Positions 36,627 through 50,442 of a DNA stretch of 64,000 nt are shown here, piece by piece (within the stretch, counting starts at the first letter, position 1; every line of letters starts with the position of its first letter). A model generated the notes under the pieces. That model did not search any database. It had not been told where the DNA came from and worked only from the letters and a program-made list of their open reading frames with translations. The DNA is taken from the NCBI GenBank assembly GCA_963514005.1, contig OY740791.1:51956001-52020000 (forward strand). Reading direction: 5' to 3'. A program made the translations under genes and the position numbers. The stretch comes from Raja brachyura (lineage: Eukaryota).

Positions 36627-37366
36627 GAGATTGTGGGCAACATACTAGTGATTATATAATCTTATAGATATAACCTCGAACAGTTCAGTTCTCCCTCACT
36701 TCCACACCTGAGTGAGAACTGAAATGTCATTTTTCAGTAAAATCATTATTGGTAGTTGTTATAATTCTGAAATACAAGCTGAAGGGACAGCAAATTTCCC
36801 TGCAATGGTCATTTGTTTTGTTGCATCATCCATCTCCATTATTTTTCCACAATATCTATGGAAGCTGAACACAGATGTTGAACCAGTGTGAAGAAAACTG
36901 ATTTTCACTTTTAAGTAATCAGGCAGGAAATGCAATGCATTTAAAAGCTTGATGCAACGATTATGTTAAGTCTGAGCAGGTACAAAGGAGGAAAGATGAA
37001 AATAAGTTTGAAAGTAAAGAATTCCATTCCCAAAAAGTCTACTTTCTGCATTTCCTACTCTTCCTTTGCATTCTCTGCAGTTAATTCAGTGTATTTGTGC
37101 ATTTTTTGGCAAAGATGACAAGTGAATAATTTTCACGAGCAGATGGTCTTTGCAAACAAAATAGCCAACACTGATACTGAAACTGTTGACATGTTCACTG
37201 TGGGATAGAACCGACTCTGGCAACGTACCAAACAAGCACAAAGCAAATGCTCAATAAATCCACAAATCTATTTCCAAAGTCTCCGTTCAGCTCAATATCT
37301 TTTCCAGAAACACAAATTTTCTTGGGCATGAGCTTGATGGGCTGCTTCATCTTCTGCGCTGGGTCA

Positions 37367-37474
37367 TTAATTCTGATCTGTCAGATCAGGGTTAGAATTC
37401 AGGGTCTGCATTGCAACAGCTTCTTTTGAATCATTTGTGGCATTTCCTGGAAATTCCTGTGAATTTCTGCTGCT
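37367..37474 (-). CDS. Gene 3 terminal exon: short cytoplasmic tail without Tyr
   Basis: gtttgatacag|AGC; SSRNSQEFPGNATNDSKEAVAMQTLNSNPDLTDQN*. Conserved in gene 2. Confidence 0.75.
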   Translation of the reverse strand, partial: SSRNSQEFPGNATNDSKEAVAMQTLNSNPDLTDQN

Positions 37475-38494
37475 CTGTATCAAACAAGAGAAACAAATAT
37501 GATTTTAAATAAAGATAAACAATAATAAACAATAGACTGGAAGTGATAGGTAAGAGGTTGCAGACCAAGTTGGAAACATTTTCATGGTCAGTTCATTCAA
37601 CTAAAAACACACAAATATCATCGTGAGTATTGAATGTGTAATTTTTTTAATTTGTGTTGATAAGGTGTTCTTTCAAATTTGATATCTTACAAAATTACAA
37701 GGTTAGATTGCGGAGAGGGATAGATATGTGAATGAACAAAGTCTTTACCTGGGTTGGGGTATCAAGAATCAGAGGCCATGGGTTCAAAATGAGAGGTTAA
37801 AGATTTAATAGGAATCTGACAGGCAATTTTTTTCTATCAGGTGGTGATATGTTTCTGGAATGAGCTGCCAGAGGAGATAGCTCAAGAAGATTCTGTAACA
37901 GCATTTAAAAAACATTGGACAAGTAAATGGATAGGAAAAGTTTAACGGTTCAAGTCCATATCTCTCTGAAAGTAACAACACAAGTAGATAAAATGGTAAA
38001 GAAGGCACAAAGTATGCTTGCCTTCATTGGCTGGGCCATTGAGTATAAGAGTTGGGAAGTCATGCTGCATGTTTAAAAAAACTGATTAGCCACATTAGGA
38101 GTTCTAGTAGCCCCATTAAAGGAAGGACATGAAGGCTTTAGAGAAGACGTAGAAGAGGTTTACCAGGATGCTGCCTGGAATAGAGCAAATAACATACATT
38201 TAACCTTTATGAAGTTTATCGAAGGGTTGTGGTAGAAATAGTTATGATAGTGGTGTTTGTGAGGTTTTTAGATAGGCACATTAATATGCAGGGAATGGAG
38301 AGATTTGGATCACGAGCAGGCAAAAGGAATACGTGTAATTTAACATCATGTGTTTCTGTGTTGCACTATTCTGTGCAAACACTAAAATACAGATTGTCAC
38401 CACTCTAATATGTTCTGCGAACATCCATTTTCTAAACGTCAGAGACACCTCGCCATTGGTTTCTGATATATTGAAAAGCTCATGAAATTCTCAC

Positions 38495-38598
38495 CCTGTT
38501 CATCCTCCACGAGCAGCAAATTAGTCCAAGAGCAACGGCCAGTTTAATCGACAAGTAGCCCAGAACTGTGATGATCCCAATGTCTGTAAGCGCTCTCA
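38495..38598 (-). CDS. Gene 3 transmembrane exon with central Lys
   Basis: Phase 1-0, 104 nt; VRALTDIGIITVLGYLSIKLAVALGLICCSWRMNR. Confidence 0.85.
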
Positions 38599-39337
38599 CT
38601 GTGAAGGATAAAGTTGAGATTTTCAGTTTCATACTCCATCTTGTTTCATAATTAAATACTCCTGTCTGTGATGTGACATCACAAACATTCTGCATTAGAC
38701 AGTGGGACACAGTTAGTAATGTTGTGTCCAGAGTGAGAAATATTTGTGCCAATCTAGGGTACCTTTTATTTTTTGTCCATAACATCTGAGTACTTCCCTT
38801 TGATACTTTCTGCTTCATTACTGTTGGAACATTGTGAATATTTTTTGGGTGAAAGAGATGTGTCAGAACGTACACAAAATTGGTTGATCTATTATCTAAA
38901 CTGATGTCAACCAGGTGTTCACTGTGGAGTCTGCACAAGAGGGACTGGATACAGATTCACAGCTGAGACTCTCCAGGCTCTGAATTCTCACTCTTGGCCG
39001 TATTTCCTGCGGAGCTATTAGAGCCAATGGAGTGATACAGCGTGGAAACAGGCCTTTCGGACCAACTTGCCTATTGAGGCCAACATGTCCATTGTGACAA
39101 GGTGCAATTTTGCTTCAATTTTATCCTCGTATTTGTTTGAAAGGTCTGTGTTTCTGTAACATGTATACACAAAATTCTTTTGTTTATTCACTGACATAAC
39201 ATTATGCCATCAATTGACAGGCTCCAGTGAAATTACACTTTGATCTGCAGCATTGGGCATTGATGGTTAATACAGGAGTTTTAAAATCAGAAATAACTTT
39301 ATTTAGGATTATCCAGTGAAAATAGCATAATTGTTAA

Positions 39338-40309
39338 TGCTGGTTTAAATTGAAGGTTGACACAAAATGCTGGAGTAACTCAGCGGGACAGGCAGCATCT
39401 CTGGTGAGAAGGAATGGGTGACATTTTGGGTTGAGAGAAGGGGAATGGGTGGGATAAAGGTAGAATGTAGTCAGAGACAGTAAGACTGGTGGAAGAACTG
39501 GGAAGGGGGAGGGGATAGAGAGGAAAAACAAGGGCTATTTGAAGTTCGAGGAGTTAATGTTCATACCACTGGGGTGTAAGCTACCCAAGCAAAATATGAG
39601 GTGCTGTTCCTCCAATTTGTGCTGGGCCTCACTACCAATGGAGGAGGCCCAGGACAGATAGGTCAGATTGGGAATGGGAGAGGGAGTTAAAGTGCTGAGC
39701 AACCGGGAGATCAGGTAGGTTAAGATGGACTGAGCAGAGGTGTTCAGAGAAATGATCGCCGAGTCTGCGCTTGGTCTCACCAATGTAAAGAAGTTGACAC
39801 CTGAAGCAGAGGATACAGTAGATTAGGTTGGAGGAAGTGCAAGTGAACCTCTGCCACACCTGCAATGACTGGATGCAGTCAATGACTGGATGCAGACTGG
39901 ATGCATCCTTGGATGCAGTCAAGGGGGAGGTAAAGGGGAAGGTAAATGAGTTGCATCTCCAGCGGTTGCATGGGAACATACCTGTGGAGGGGGTGGTTTG
40001 GGTGGAAAGGGACGAGTTAACCAGTGAGTTGTGGTGTAAACGTTCTCTGTAAGCGGAAAGCAGAAAGGGGTGGAGATGGGAAGATGTGGCCAGTAGTGGG
40101 GTCCCGTTGGAGGATTATATGCTGAATGCTACGGCTGATGGGTTGGTTTGCGAGCAGAGGGGGACTCTGCCCTTGTTACAAATGGGGAGAAAGGGAGCAA
40201 GACAAGAGCTGTGGGATATCGAATAAACTCCAGTGGGAGCCTTATCAATAATGGGGGAGGGGAACCACCATTTCCTAAAGAATGAGGACATGTTCGATAC
40301 CCTGGTCTG
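39338..40309 (-). mobile_element. Penelope-like element fragment (GIY-YIG region + tail)
   Basis: FTCTSSNLIYCILCFRCQLLYIGETKRRLGDHFSEH. Absent from the gene 2 intron near 28110. Confidence 0.8.
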
Positions 40310-40690
40310 CTACTCCTGTAGTAACTGAAGGCTGCTTTTGGTCCTTGTGAAATCTGCAGTTCGAATTTTGTTTGGAAATGTCCGTAATATAAATTATTTA
40401 CTATAGTCAAGGTACAACTATGGTACCGGATGTGAGATTAGGCAGATGTGAAGCCTATTGAAAAAATAATCACTGAAATCATCAAACCTGGAATTGTGTG
40501 CAGTGGAAAAGTTCAGATTCACATGTAGAGATCTCACCCAAGAGAACAATAAACATAAATTTAATCACCTTTTAAAGTGAATGATTGTGTATAAGAACCC
40601 TTTAAAAATAGTTAATTCAGCAATTATTTTTCATTGTTAAATTGACATGTAACATACAGTATGCATGTAGTTTATTGTTTGGCACTGATT

Positions 40691-43600
40691 TCAGTGTGAT
40701 GCTTGCAGTATGTGGGAGGTCAAGGACACTGGTGGTCCCTGTGGCTGCTACAAATGTGAGAAGTGCTTCCAGGTACAGCTCCTGAAGGACCGTGTTGGGG
40801 AACTGGAGAAGCAAGTGGATGACCTCAGGTTCGTCCGAGAAACTGAGTTGTTCCTCGACGAGTCCTACAATGAGAATGCTACACCTAAGGTACTGGAAGA
40901 GAGAAAGTGGGCGACGGTGAGAAAAGGAGGGAAACGTGGAAGGCAAAGGTCCCCGGGTGTTGTACCTCTTGTGAACAGTTTCACCCACTTAGAAGTTGTC
41001 GGGACAGAAGACGTTAAAACACTGTGCAGCAGACTGGCTTGTGAAGCAAAAAGGGCTGTTGAGCCAAAACCAAAGAGGCCAACGTCAGGCAACGCCATTG
41101 TAGTTGGAGACTCCATTGTGAGAGGTACGGACAGGGGTATCTGCGGTAACAAAAGGGATTCGAGGATGTTTTGCTGCCTTCCTGGTGCCAGGATCCAGGA
41201 TGTCACGGACAGAGTGCAGAAAATCCTCAAGGACGAAGGTGAACAGCCAGAAGTGGTAGTGCATGTTGGCACAAATGATGTCGGAAAGAAGGGGATCACT
41301 ATTCTGCACTGTGACTTTAGAGAGCTCGGAAAAATGCTGAAAAGCAGGACCTCCAGGGTTGGTATCTCCGGTTTGCTTCCAGTTCCTCGTGCTGGCGAGA
41401 GCAGGAACAGGGAGATACGGGACATGAATGTGTGGCTTACTAACTGGTGCAGGGGGCCGGATCTTAGATCACGGGGATTTGTTTTGGAGTAAGGGGGAAC
41501 TGTCCAAAAGGGACGGATTGCATCTTAACTGGTGGGGGACCGGCATTCTGGCAGGCAGGTTTGCCACTGCTACACGGATGGTTTTAAACTGAATAAGGGG
41601 GGTGGGGTGTCAAATGAGATAGTTGAGGATGGAGTTAAAGGGAAAGCGAGTAAAGGGAGGGTTAATTACCCCAGAATTAACGGGAAAGAAAGCTCACAAA
41701 GGGATAGGAGAATATGGCCAAGTGTAATAGGGATCGATGTGAAAGGTTAGATGCGTAAGGAATTAAAAGTATTGTATATGAATGCGCGAAGTATAAGAAG
41801 TAAAGTAGATGAGCTTGAGGCTCAGTTAGCGGTTGGTGGATGTGACATTGTCAAGTCAAGTCACGTATATTTATATAGCAATTTAAAAAACAACTCTCGT
41901 TGACCAAAGTGCTTGACATTTGTTATAAGAGTAGTATACACAAGCAGGCTACATACATATATACAAATACCCCTCACTCAGAGGACGTCAGGAAAGGCTT
42001 GGGAGAACAGATACGTTTCTAGACTAGACTTAAAGGGGTCGATGGAGGGGGCAGTTCTAATGGGGAGGGGGATGCTGTTCCACATTCTAGGAGCTGTGAC
42101 CACAAAGGCGTGGTCGCCCCTGAGCTTATGCCTAGACTGCGGGACATTCAGCAGCCCCAAGTCGGCCGATCTGAGGGACCTGGAGGTGGTGTAGTGGGTG
42201 AGAAGACTTTTAATGTAGGTGGGTGCAAGCCCATTGAGGGCTTTGTTGACAAAGAGGAGGGTCTTGAAATTCATTCGGAACCACACAGGGAGCCAGTGGA
42301 GAGAGGCCAGGATCAGGGTGATATGGTCCCTTTTACGGGTGCCCGTCAGGAGTCTCGCTGCGGCGTTTTGGACCAGTTGCAGGCTGGACAGGGTAGATTG
42401 GCTGATGCCAGTGTAAAGGGAATTGCAGTAATCTAGGCGGGAGGAGATAAATGTATTGTGGGGATTACTGAGACGTGGCTACAGGAGGATCGGGCCTGGG
42501 AACTTAATATTCAGGGTTATACATCCTATAGAAAGGACAGGCAGGTGGGCAGAGGAGGGGGTGTAGCTCTGCTGGTGAGGGATGGAATTCAGTCCCTTGC
42601 AAGGGAAGACATACGGACTGATGAGGTAGAGTCACTGTGGATTGAGTTGAGGAATTGTACAGGCAAGAAGACACTAATTGGTGTTATTTACAGACCCCAA
42701 AATAGTAGCCTGGATGTAGGGTGTAAGTTGCAGCAGGAGTTAAAACTGGCATGTAACAAAGGTAATGCCACTGTGGTGATAGGGGATTTCAATATGCAGT
42801 TAGTCTGGGAAAATCAGGTTGGTTCAGGACCCCAAGAAAGGGAGTTTGTAGAATGCCTCCGAGATGGATTCTTAGAGCAGCTTGTAATGGAGCAGACCAG
42901 AGAAAAGGCAATTCTGGATTTAGTGTTGTCCAATGAACCAGATATGACAAGAGAACTCAAGGCAAAGGATCCGCTTAGAGGCAGTGATCTCAATATGATT
43001 AGTTTTAATCTGCAATTTGAGAAGGAGAAAGTTAAATCAGAAGTGGCAGTGATACAGTTGAACAAAGGGGACTATGAAGGCATGAGGGAGGAGCTGGCCA
43101 AAGTAGACTGGAAAGGGATCATAGCAGAAATGACGGTGGAACAGCAATGGCAGGAATTTCTGGGCATAATCTGGAAGACGCAGGATAATTTCATTCCAAA
43201 AAGGAAGAAAGATTCTAAGGGGATTAGGAGGCAACCGTGGCTGACAAGAGAGGTTAGTGATAGAATAAAGCTAAAAGAAAAGATGTATAACACAGCAAAG
43301 AGTAGCCGGAAGCCAGAAGATTGGGAAACTTTCATAGGACATCAGAAGGAAACAAAACGGGCTGAAAAGATGAAGTATGAATGGAAGCTGGCCAGGAATA
43401 TAAAGAAGGACAGTAAAAGCTTCTTTAGATATGTTAAGTGAAAAAGAGTACCCAAAGTCAAATGTGGGTCCCATGAAGGCAGACACGGGTGAAATAATTA
43501 TGGGCAACAAGGAAATGGCAGAAGAGTTGAATAGGTACTTCGGATCTGTCTTCACTAAGGAGGACACAAACAATCTCCCAGATGTACTGGAGGACAGAAG

Positions 43601-45269
43601 ATCTAAGGGGGTAGAGGAACTGAAATAAATTTTCATTAGGCGAGAAATAATATTGGGTAGGCTAATGGGACTGAAGGATGTTAAATCCCCTGGGCCTGAT
43701 GGTCTGCATCCCAGGGTCCTCAGGGAGGTGGCTCTAGAAATAGTGGATGCATTGGTGATTATTTTCCACTGTTCAATAGATTCAGGATCAGTTCCTGTGG
43801 ATTGGAGAATAGCTAATGTTATCCCACTTTTCAAGATAGGAGCGAGAGAGAAAACAGGGAATTACAGACCAGTTAGCCTGAGTTCGGTGGTGGGAAAGAT
43901 GCTGGAGTCAATTATTAAAGAGGTAATAATGGAGCATTTGGATAGCAGTAAAAGGATTAGTCCAAGTCAACATGGATTTATGAAAGGGAAATCACGCTTG
44001 ACTAATCTTCTGGAATTTTTTGAGGATGTGAATAGTAAAATGGATGAAGGGGTGCCAGCGGATGTAGTGTATCTAGACTTTCAGAAAGCCTTGATAAGGT
44101 CCCGCACGGGAGACTGGTGGCTAAAATTAGAGCTCATGGTATTTGGGGTAGGGTGTTGACGTGAATAGAAAATTGGTTGGCAGACTGGAAGCAAAGAGTA
44201 GGAGTGAAGGGCCCTTTTTAGAATGGCAGGCAGTGGCGAGGGGAGTGCAGCAAGGCTCGGTGTTGGGGCCGCAACTGTTTACCATAAATATTAATGATTT
44301 GGAAGAGGGAATTAGGAGCAACACTAGCAAGTTTGTGGTTGACACAAAACTGGGTGACAGTGTGAACTGTGAAGAGGATGTTTGGAGGTTGCAGGGTGAC
44401 CTGGACAGGTTGAGTGAGTGGGCAGATGCATGGCAGATGCAGTATAATATAGATAAATGCGAGGTTATCCACTTTTGCGGCAAAAACAAGGGGGCAGATT
44501 ATTATCTCAAAGGGGTTAGGTTAGGTAAGGGGGAGGTACAGCGAGACCTGAGGGTCCTTGTGCACCGGTCACTGAAAGTTGGCGTGCAGGTACAGCTGGC
44601 AGTGAAGAAAGCTAATGGAATGTTGCCCTTCATAACAAGAGGATTTCAGTACAGGAGTAAAGAGGTTTTTCTGCAGTTGTATAGGGCTCTGGTAAGAGCT
44701 CATCTGGAGTATTGTGTACAGATTTGGTCTCCTAATTTGAGGAAGGACATCCTTGTGATTGAGGCAGTGTGGCGTAGGTTCACAAGATTGATCCCTGGAA
44801 TGGTGGACCTGTCATATGAGGAAAGAGTGAAAAGACTAGGCTTGTATTCACTGGAGTTTAGAAGGATGAGGGGGAATCTTATAGAAACATATAAAATTAT
44901 AAAAGGACTGGACAAGCTAGATGCAGGAAAAATTTTCCCAATTTTGGGTGAGTCCAGAACCAGGGGGCTGCAGTCTTAGAATAAAGGGGAGGTCATTTAA
45001 GACTGAAGTGAGAAAAATCTTTTTTACCCAGAGAGTTGTGAATTAATGAAATTCCCTGCCACTGAGGGCAGCGGAGGCCAAATCACTGGATGGATTTAAG
45101 AGAGAGTTGGATAGAGCTTTACGGGCTAATGGAATCAAGGGATATGAGGAGAAGGCAGGCATGGGTTATTGATAGCGGACGATGAGCCATGATCACAATG
45201 AATGGTGGTGCTGGCTCGAAGGGCGGAATGGCCATCTCCTGCACCTATTTTCTATGTTTCTATGTTTCT
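40691..45269 (+). mobile_element. Near full-length CR1 LINE (ORF1 zinc finger + SGNH esterase; ORF2 APE + RT), frameshifted
   Basis: ORF1 CxxC, VVGDSIVR, HVGTND. ORF2 ITETWL, GDFN, SPGPDG, NYRPVSL, QHGF, YLDF. (TTTCTATG)n tail. Absent in gene 2. Confidence 0.92.
41852..42454 (-). mobile_element. L2-like LINE 3' fragment nested in the CR1
   Basis: FKTLLFVNKALNGLAPTYI..RSLRS..AFVVTAPRMWNSIP..FKSSLETYLF. (TTGAC)n tail, ATTGT on both flanks. Confidence 0.8.
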
Positions 45270-45708
45270 CTTTAAGATTTCTTCCATTTTAAAAGAGAAT
45301 TGATGTGCATCTATAAGATACATGTGTGATATTTTTTACACATTGTTGTAGCAGCCACTGCTGTCAGTTGAGTGTAGAAAACTTCATTAAAGGCTGTTGT
45401 TCAGCATCTCTATCTTTATTTCTTGCAAATAAAAAAGAGACCATAGACGATTTGAATGATGAGGGGGTGAATTCTGGTAAAAAGATAAATCTGTGGGGAG
45501 GATTTTCCATGGGGGGTCAATGCTGAGTCATTGGACGTGAGGCGATTATGCAAAAAGAGAGAAGAATTGAGCAGAACATGGTGTGATGTAATGTGTAGGA
45601 AAGAACTGCAGATGCTGGTTTAAATCAAAGATAGAAACAAAATATGGAGTAACTCAGTGGGACAGGCAGCAACTCTGGAGATGATGTAACACAGGCTGAG
45701 GAACTTAC

Positions 45709-45978
45709 CGTTCACCTTAAGATAGATTGAATTGCTCAGCTTGAGGCTGTTTCGATGAAACAATCCACATGTCCATTTCCTTCTCACTGTCTCAGCTTTT
45801 GGAATAATCAGCTGCAAAGACCACACTTTCTCCCTTGACTCCTTTAAAAATTTGTCTCCCACCATTTTGTCATCACTGTTGATCCAAGTGAGTCTCATTG
45901 ATTCAGCAACACCAGACACAGAGCAGGTCAGGGTAACGCTGTCTCCCTCAGTCACTGCATCAGATGGTTCAGATGTAA
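45709..45978 (-). CDS. Gene 3 exon D8, C2-type (WxC)
   Basis: 270 nt, phase 1-1, open. EGDSVTLTC..LTW..RKWTCGLF. Confidence 0.9.
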
Positions 45979-46772
45979 CTGTGGAAACAAGAACATCATT
46001 GAGATTTTGAACAGCAGCCAGAATTTCTACTCTATTGATTTCTTTATCAATCCCCTGATATCCCTACCACTGACCTAAAGGACAATTCATATTGTTTAGA
46101 AACTCTGTTTTGTTGTTTACTACAGTGAGCAGCAAAAGACACGACACAAATGTTGAGGGGTGATCTCCAGTAAAAAGATCAATCTGTGGGAAGGGTTTTC
46201 CATGGAGGATCAATGCTGAGTCCTAGAAGGTGAATGAAAACACTTAATAATGTAATTGGTTACATTTATATTGTGCAACTTGAGTTTCCACAATCAATGA
46301 TACCAACTCAAAAACACTGCACAATAAGCAGCTGCTGCCCACAGCACTGCCTCAGTCCACTGTGCTGGAGCCAAACCCTTCCCCACACTGACACATTCCA
46401 ATGGCAGGATGCCACCCAGAGTCTCATGTGAATGACACATGATACAGATGATCCTGAATATACCCTCATAAGATCTTCTTTGGGGTTTATTTATTTCTAC
46501 GATGGGCCCATTTCCAGCGGGTGAATCAACTTCACATTATTGCCCTTAAATATGAAAAGGAAAATACTTTAATACCATTTGCTGGCTGATGCACTGTTTG
46601 GTGATTAATTTTGTGCTGAGTAAAATGCAAATAAATTTCTGGAATTCTGGAGGGAAATCCATTATTTAAAAGAAGGGAATATTAGGAGTAATTTGCACAG
46701 AAATTCAATTTGCATTCAAAGTGGGAACACTAATCAAACAAATCAAAAACACTGGCACATTCAGTCTTCTAC

Positions 46773-47111
46773 CTGTAACTCTGATTAGTTCAATGTTCAC
46801 ATATTTATTTGATCCCGTGGAACATGTGTAAACTCCGGCATCTGCAAACTGCACGGGGACAATCCTCACATGGAAATTCTTGCCATATACATTTCCCTCT
46901 ATGGTTTCCAGTCGATTCTCAAAGTAGCTCCTGTCTACATGTATCGGCTCAGACCCGAGAGAAGAAGCTATTTCCTTAGTTTGATTCTGGAAATGTTGTG
47001 ATCTCCAAGTCCATTTGGTTTCACTGAGCTCAGGAGAAGCTTCACAAATCAGGTCGAGTTCACTGTGATCTGTGACTGAGCGATAAACTGTGTACGTCTT
47101 GTTATGTAAAT
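46773..47111 (-). CDS. Gene 3 exon D7, V-type
   Basis: 339 nt, phase 1-1, open (translated by hand; not in the ORF track). ELDLICE..KWTW..ADAGVYTC. Confidence 0.9.
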
Positions 47112-47903
47112 CTGCAAGAGAGGGACAGGGAACAAAGAATTAGATTTCCACAGATGCTGAGATGCAATGTAGTGAGTTTCCACTGAGACAAACCCCCAGC
47201 TCTGGGATGTCAGCTGGGAGGGCCGCACTGGGACAGGGATCTGGAATACGCCGGCTGCCGGTCCAGGTGCCCATTGTTCAAACGCCGAGCTGTGCAACAA
47301 AATCCATCTTCCCCAGACACACACCCAACAAAGTGATGCTGGTGGACTGGAGATATTAAACAATCTTTTACCCGTTCTCAGCAATCAAATACAATGAAAT
47401 GTGTTTCAGTCATTGAACTGTATCTCAAATTTTGTTATTCAAAATGGGTCATACAGAGAGAGGGAATTATGTCACATTATTTGGAAGACGACGGCACCCT
47501 AGAATGTCAGACACTCAGATCACTGGAGTGAGTGAAGAACAACACTTGACCCATGAGAATATCTCAGAAAAGACCAAAGTCTTTGAGCAGCTGTACTTCT
47601 ATCTTTAATTTACTTTTATTTGCCTCCTCCATTCTAGACAGAAGACTACTTGCTTCTCTCCATTGATGGATTTTATCCCCTTTGATTCATGCAAGCAAAA
47701 TTAAATAAATACCGTGGTTCACCTGTGTGGCACCATCAATCTTAGTGCCACCATTTTATATTTACCCATGTCCCAGGGTAAAGGCAATGGCCACATCCTG
47801 CAGTGAAAGCCCACGGTGGAGACAGTGCTCACTGTACAATATGTGGAACATTTTTGATATCAGGAACTATTTAATAGCTGCTGCAAGGCAGCTTTGGACT
47901 CAC

Positions 47904-48167
47904 CCTGATCCACTTCAACATTGATGTCTCCAGTGAGAACAATGGAGCCATTTTCCTGCACTTCCCATGTGTACAGATTGGGATTTCCTGCTCCAGCATG
48001 TTGGACCATCAGATAGATGATGTTATTCAGACGGATCTGATCAGCGTTGTTCCTCCTGTTCTGCTGAGATGGTTTCCAGTGAAGACTGAAGGTATCAGGG
48101 AGTCTGGAGATGGTACAGCTGAGGGTGATGTCACTGCCCATTACAGGCCTCGGTGAGTCTGCCTCAA
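47904..48167 (-). CDS. Gene 3 exon D6, C2-type (F-strand Cys replaced by Trp)
   Basis: 264 nt, open. GSDITLSC..LHW..LYTWEV. Confidence 0.88.
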
Positions 48168-49373
48168 CTGTTGAAACAGACACATGACGTGTGGTTCAGT
48201 TCCCCACCAGCTTTCTGAACTGCTGCGGGCAGAATTATCTTTTTCCTGCAAACAGACAGTCGGCCGAATGCTTCCAGGCAGTGACCACCTGTCCACCTCG
48301 GCCCCCTAGTCTCGCACATCTACCCGCTGCTCCCGAACAACATAATCAAAAGAGATTGAGCAGCTTCCACAGATATGTTCCCAGCATCAGCTCTGCCTCC
48401 CCCCACCACACGCAACCCTGCCATGGTCTCGGCTGATGACTTGGCTAACAATGGCCTGATGAAGCAAGGTCACTGCTGCCGACCTTGTGGAAGCTGCAGC
48501 AGAGGTTGGGCCTTATCTGTGGCCAGGACTTCACTTTCCCAGTGTCAGGGCCAGTTTATGTGAATACCTGACCTAAGCATGGTCATCATATTGGTTGAAC
48601 TGACATTCACACTCGGTGACGGAAAATGAAGAAGGGAAAACTGAAAGTTAATTTTAATATATTAATATTTGAACAATTTACAAAATGCAATATGTTGGAA
48701 CACAGATCTTAGATATTGATGGAGCTATAATATAAGCATCTTTGACACCATGCTCCAGGAGCAACACCTTATCTTTGGTCTGGGCAAGTTGTTACCTTCT
48801 ATTGTCAATATGGAACTACCATCTCCATAAGGATTATTACCGTCTGCCATCATTGTTTTCCGTTTCCTCTCTGTGTAGAGAGTGTGTCGCAGTCGGCCAG
48901 AACCACATCATCAACAAATTGCTCAGCTACAGTGGCTTGATCTTATCCCACCTGCCACATGTCTTCTCTCCATCAGGAGAAGTTCCCTGGTTTCACCACA
49001 TTTCAATGCTGCCTGGGCTGCCTTCTTTCTCAAATTTTTCCCAGAAATCTTGACTGTTTCTCCTGACTTGCTGAAATTTTCCAGCCATTTCTGTTATTGT
49101 ATTAGAAAGGGTGGTAGGGTGGAGGTGTGGGGGTAACAGAGCAGTAAAATGGCTAAACATGTCATTAAACATTTGATGATTCCACATCTGTCAGTCTTGG
49201 CCATTTCAAAATTGTGGGGATATTCATCAATTCATTAACTCTGCAGCATTGTTTGTACAAAACTCATCAAATAACTGACCCAATTCCAACATTCTGTCAC
49301 ACATTTGTGGAAAAAGTTACAGAAAAACACATTTATGTTCCTTGTGCACCTTTCTGTTCCTTGTCCAACATAC

Positions 49374-49712
49374 CTTTGATCCCAAATAGTTCCCACTGTC
49401 TCAGGATTTTCCCACCGGGCTGTGTCTGATTCCAGGTGAACAGTCCTGCAACTTGAAAGGTGGGCTTCCTGATCCTCAGATTAAGGGTACCCCAGTCCGC
49501 ACGCATCCTCTGGGAAAGGCCTGGTATTTGATTGTACTCATCACTCCATTGTACGGCCCACCGCTGATCTTCTCTTTGAAAAGTGGCCAATCGCTTTGTG
49601 GTTTGTTGCCCTGAGTGTGGCCTCCATTCCAAGTTAATGGTGCCATTTCCAGGACTGTCTGGTCCTTTCAGTACAAAATAGCCTTCCTGGTGGAAAAAGT
49701 AAATAGTAGTCC
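49374..49712 (-). CDS. Gene 3 exon D5, cysteine-free V-like domain
   Basis: ttctggcag| acceptor, G|GTATGT donor, 339 nt, open. YFVLKGPDSP..LEWRPHSG..LNLRIRKP..VAGLFTW. Confidence 0.88.
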
Positions 49713-50442
49713 CTGCCAGAAAAGGAAAATAGAGTTTTAAAATCGGACAATAACTTCTCAGTCTGATCTGTCTCCCAATGAATACTGTGACATTGTTTTC
49801 TTTAGAAAGGTTGTTAGTTATAGTTAATAGAATCTTCTAACATTGAAACAGGCCCTCTAACACAACTCAGCGACATCGACCAATGCACTCTTCCATATTT
49901 GTCCCATCTGTTTGGTCAATTGTCTGCAATGCCAATGTGATTCAAGTGTGATTTGCCCAGCAGTTTTAAATAAAACTATATTTTACAACAAGCAGTGAAG
50001 TACATCCATAGAACAGCTTACCATTGCGTCATCAATGTAACGTAACGGTACCCGGACGTGGCGACGACAGACAAGAAGCCGAAGCTAAGAAGTCGAAGCC
50101 AAAGAAACAAATGGAAACGAGGCGGAAACGCTAATAAACTGAAAGAGTCCGAAGACGAAATGCCTACTAACTGAAAGAATGGGACGCCTAAATGCAAACT
50201 AACCGAAAGGGCGGGACGCCTAAAATCCAACGAACCGAAAATCTGCGTTGCCTAAAAGCAACGGCCGCTCTGGCGAAACGCCACCTACCAGAAAGGCGGC
50301 GTCGCCTACAGGCCAAAGGACCGACTGCCGCTCAACAGAAACATCCAATAACGGACATGACGTTATCGGGGGGCGGGACTTGTCAGGGATTGGTCCAGAC
50401 CCCCGCGTCCATCACATCACTGTGGAGGCATGAACATTGTTC

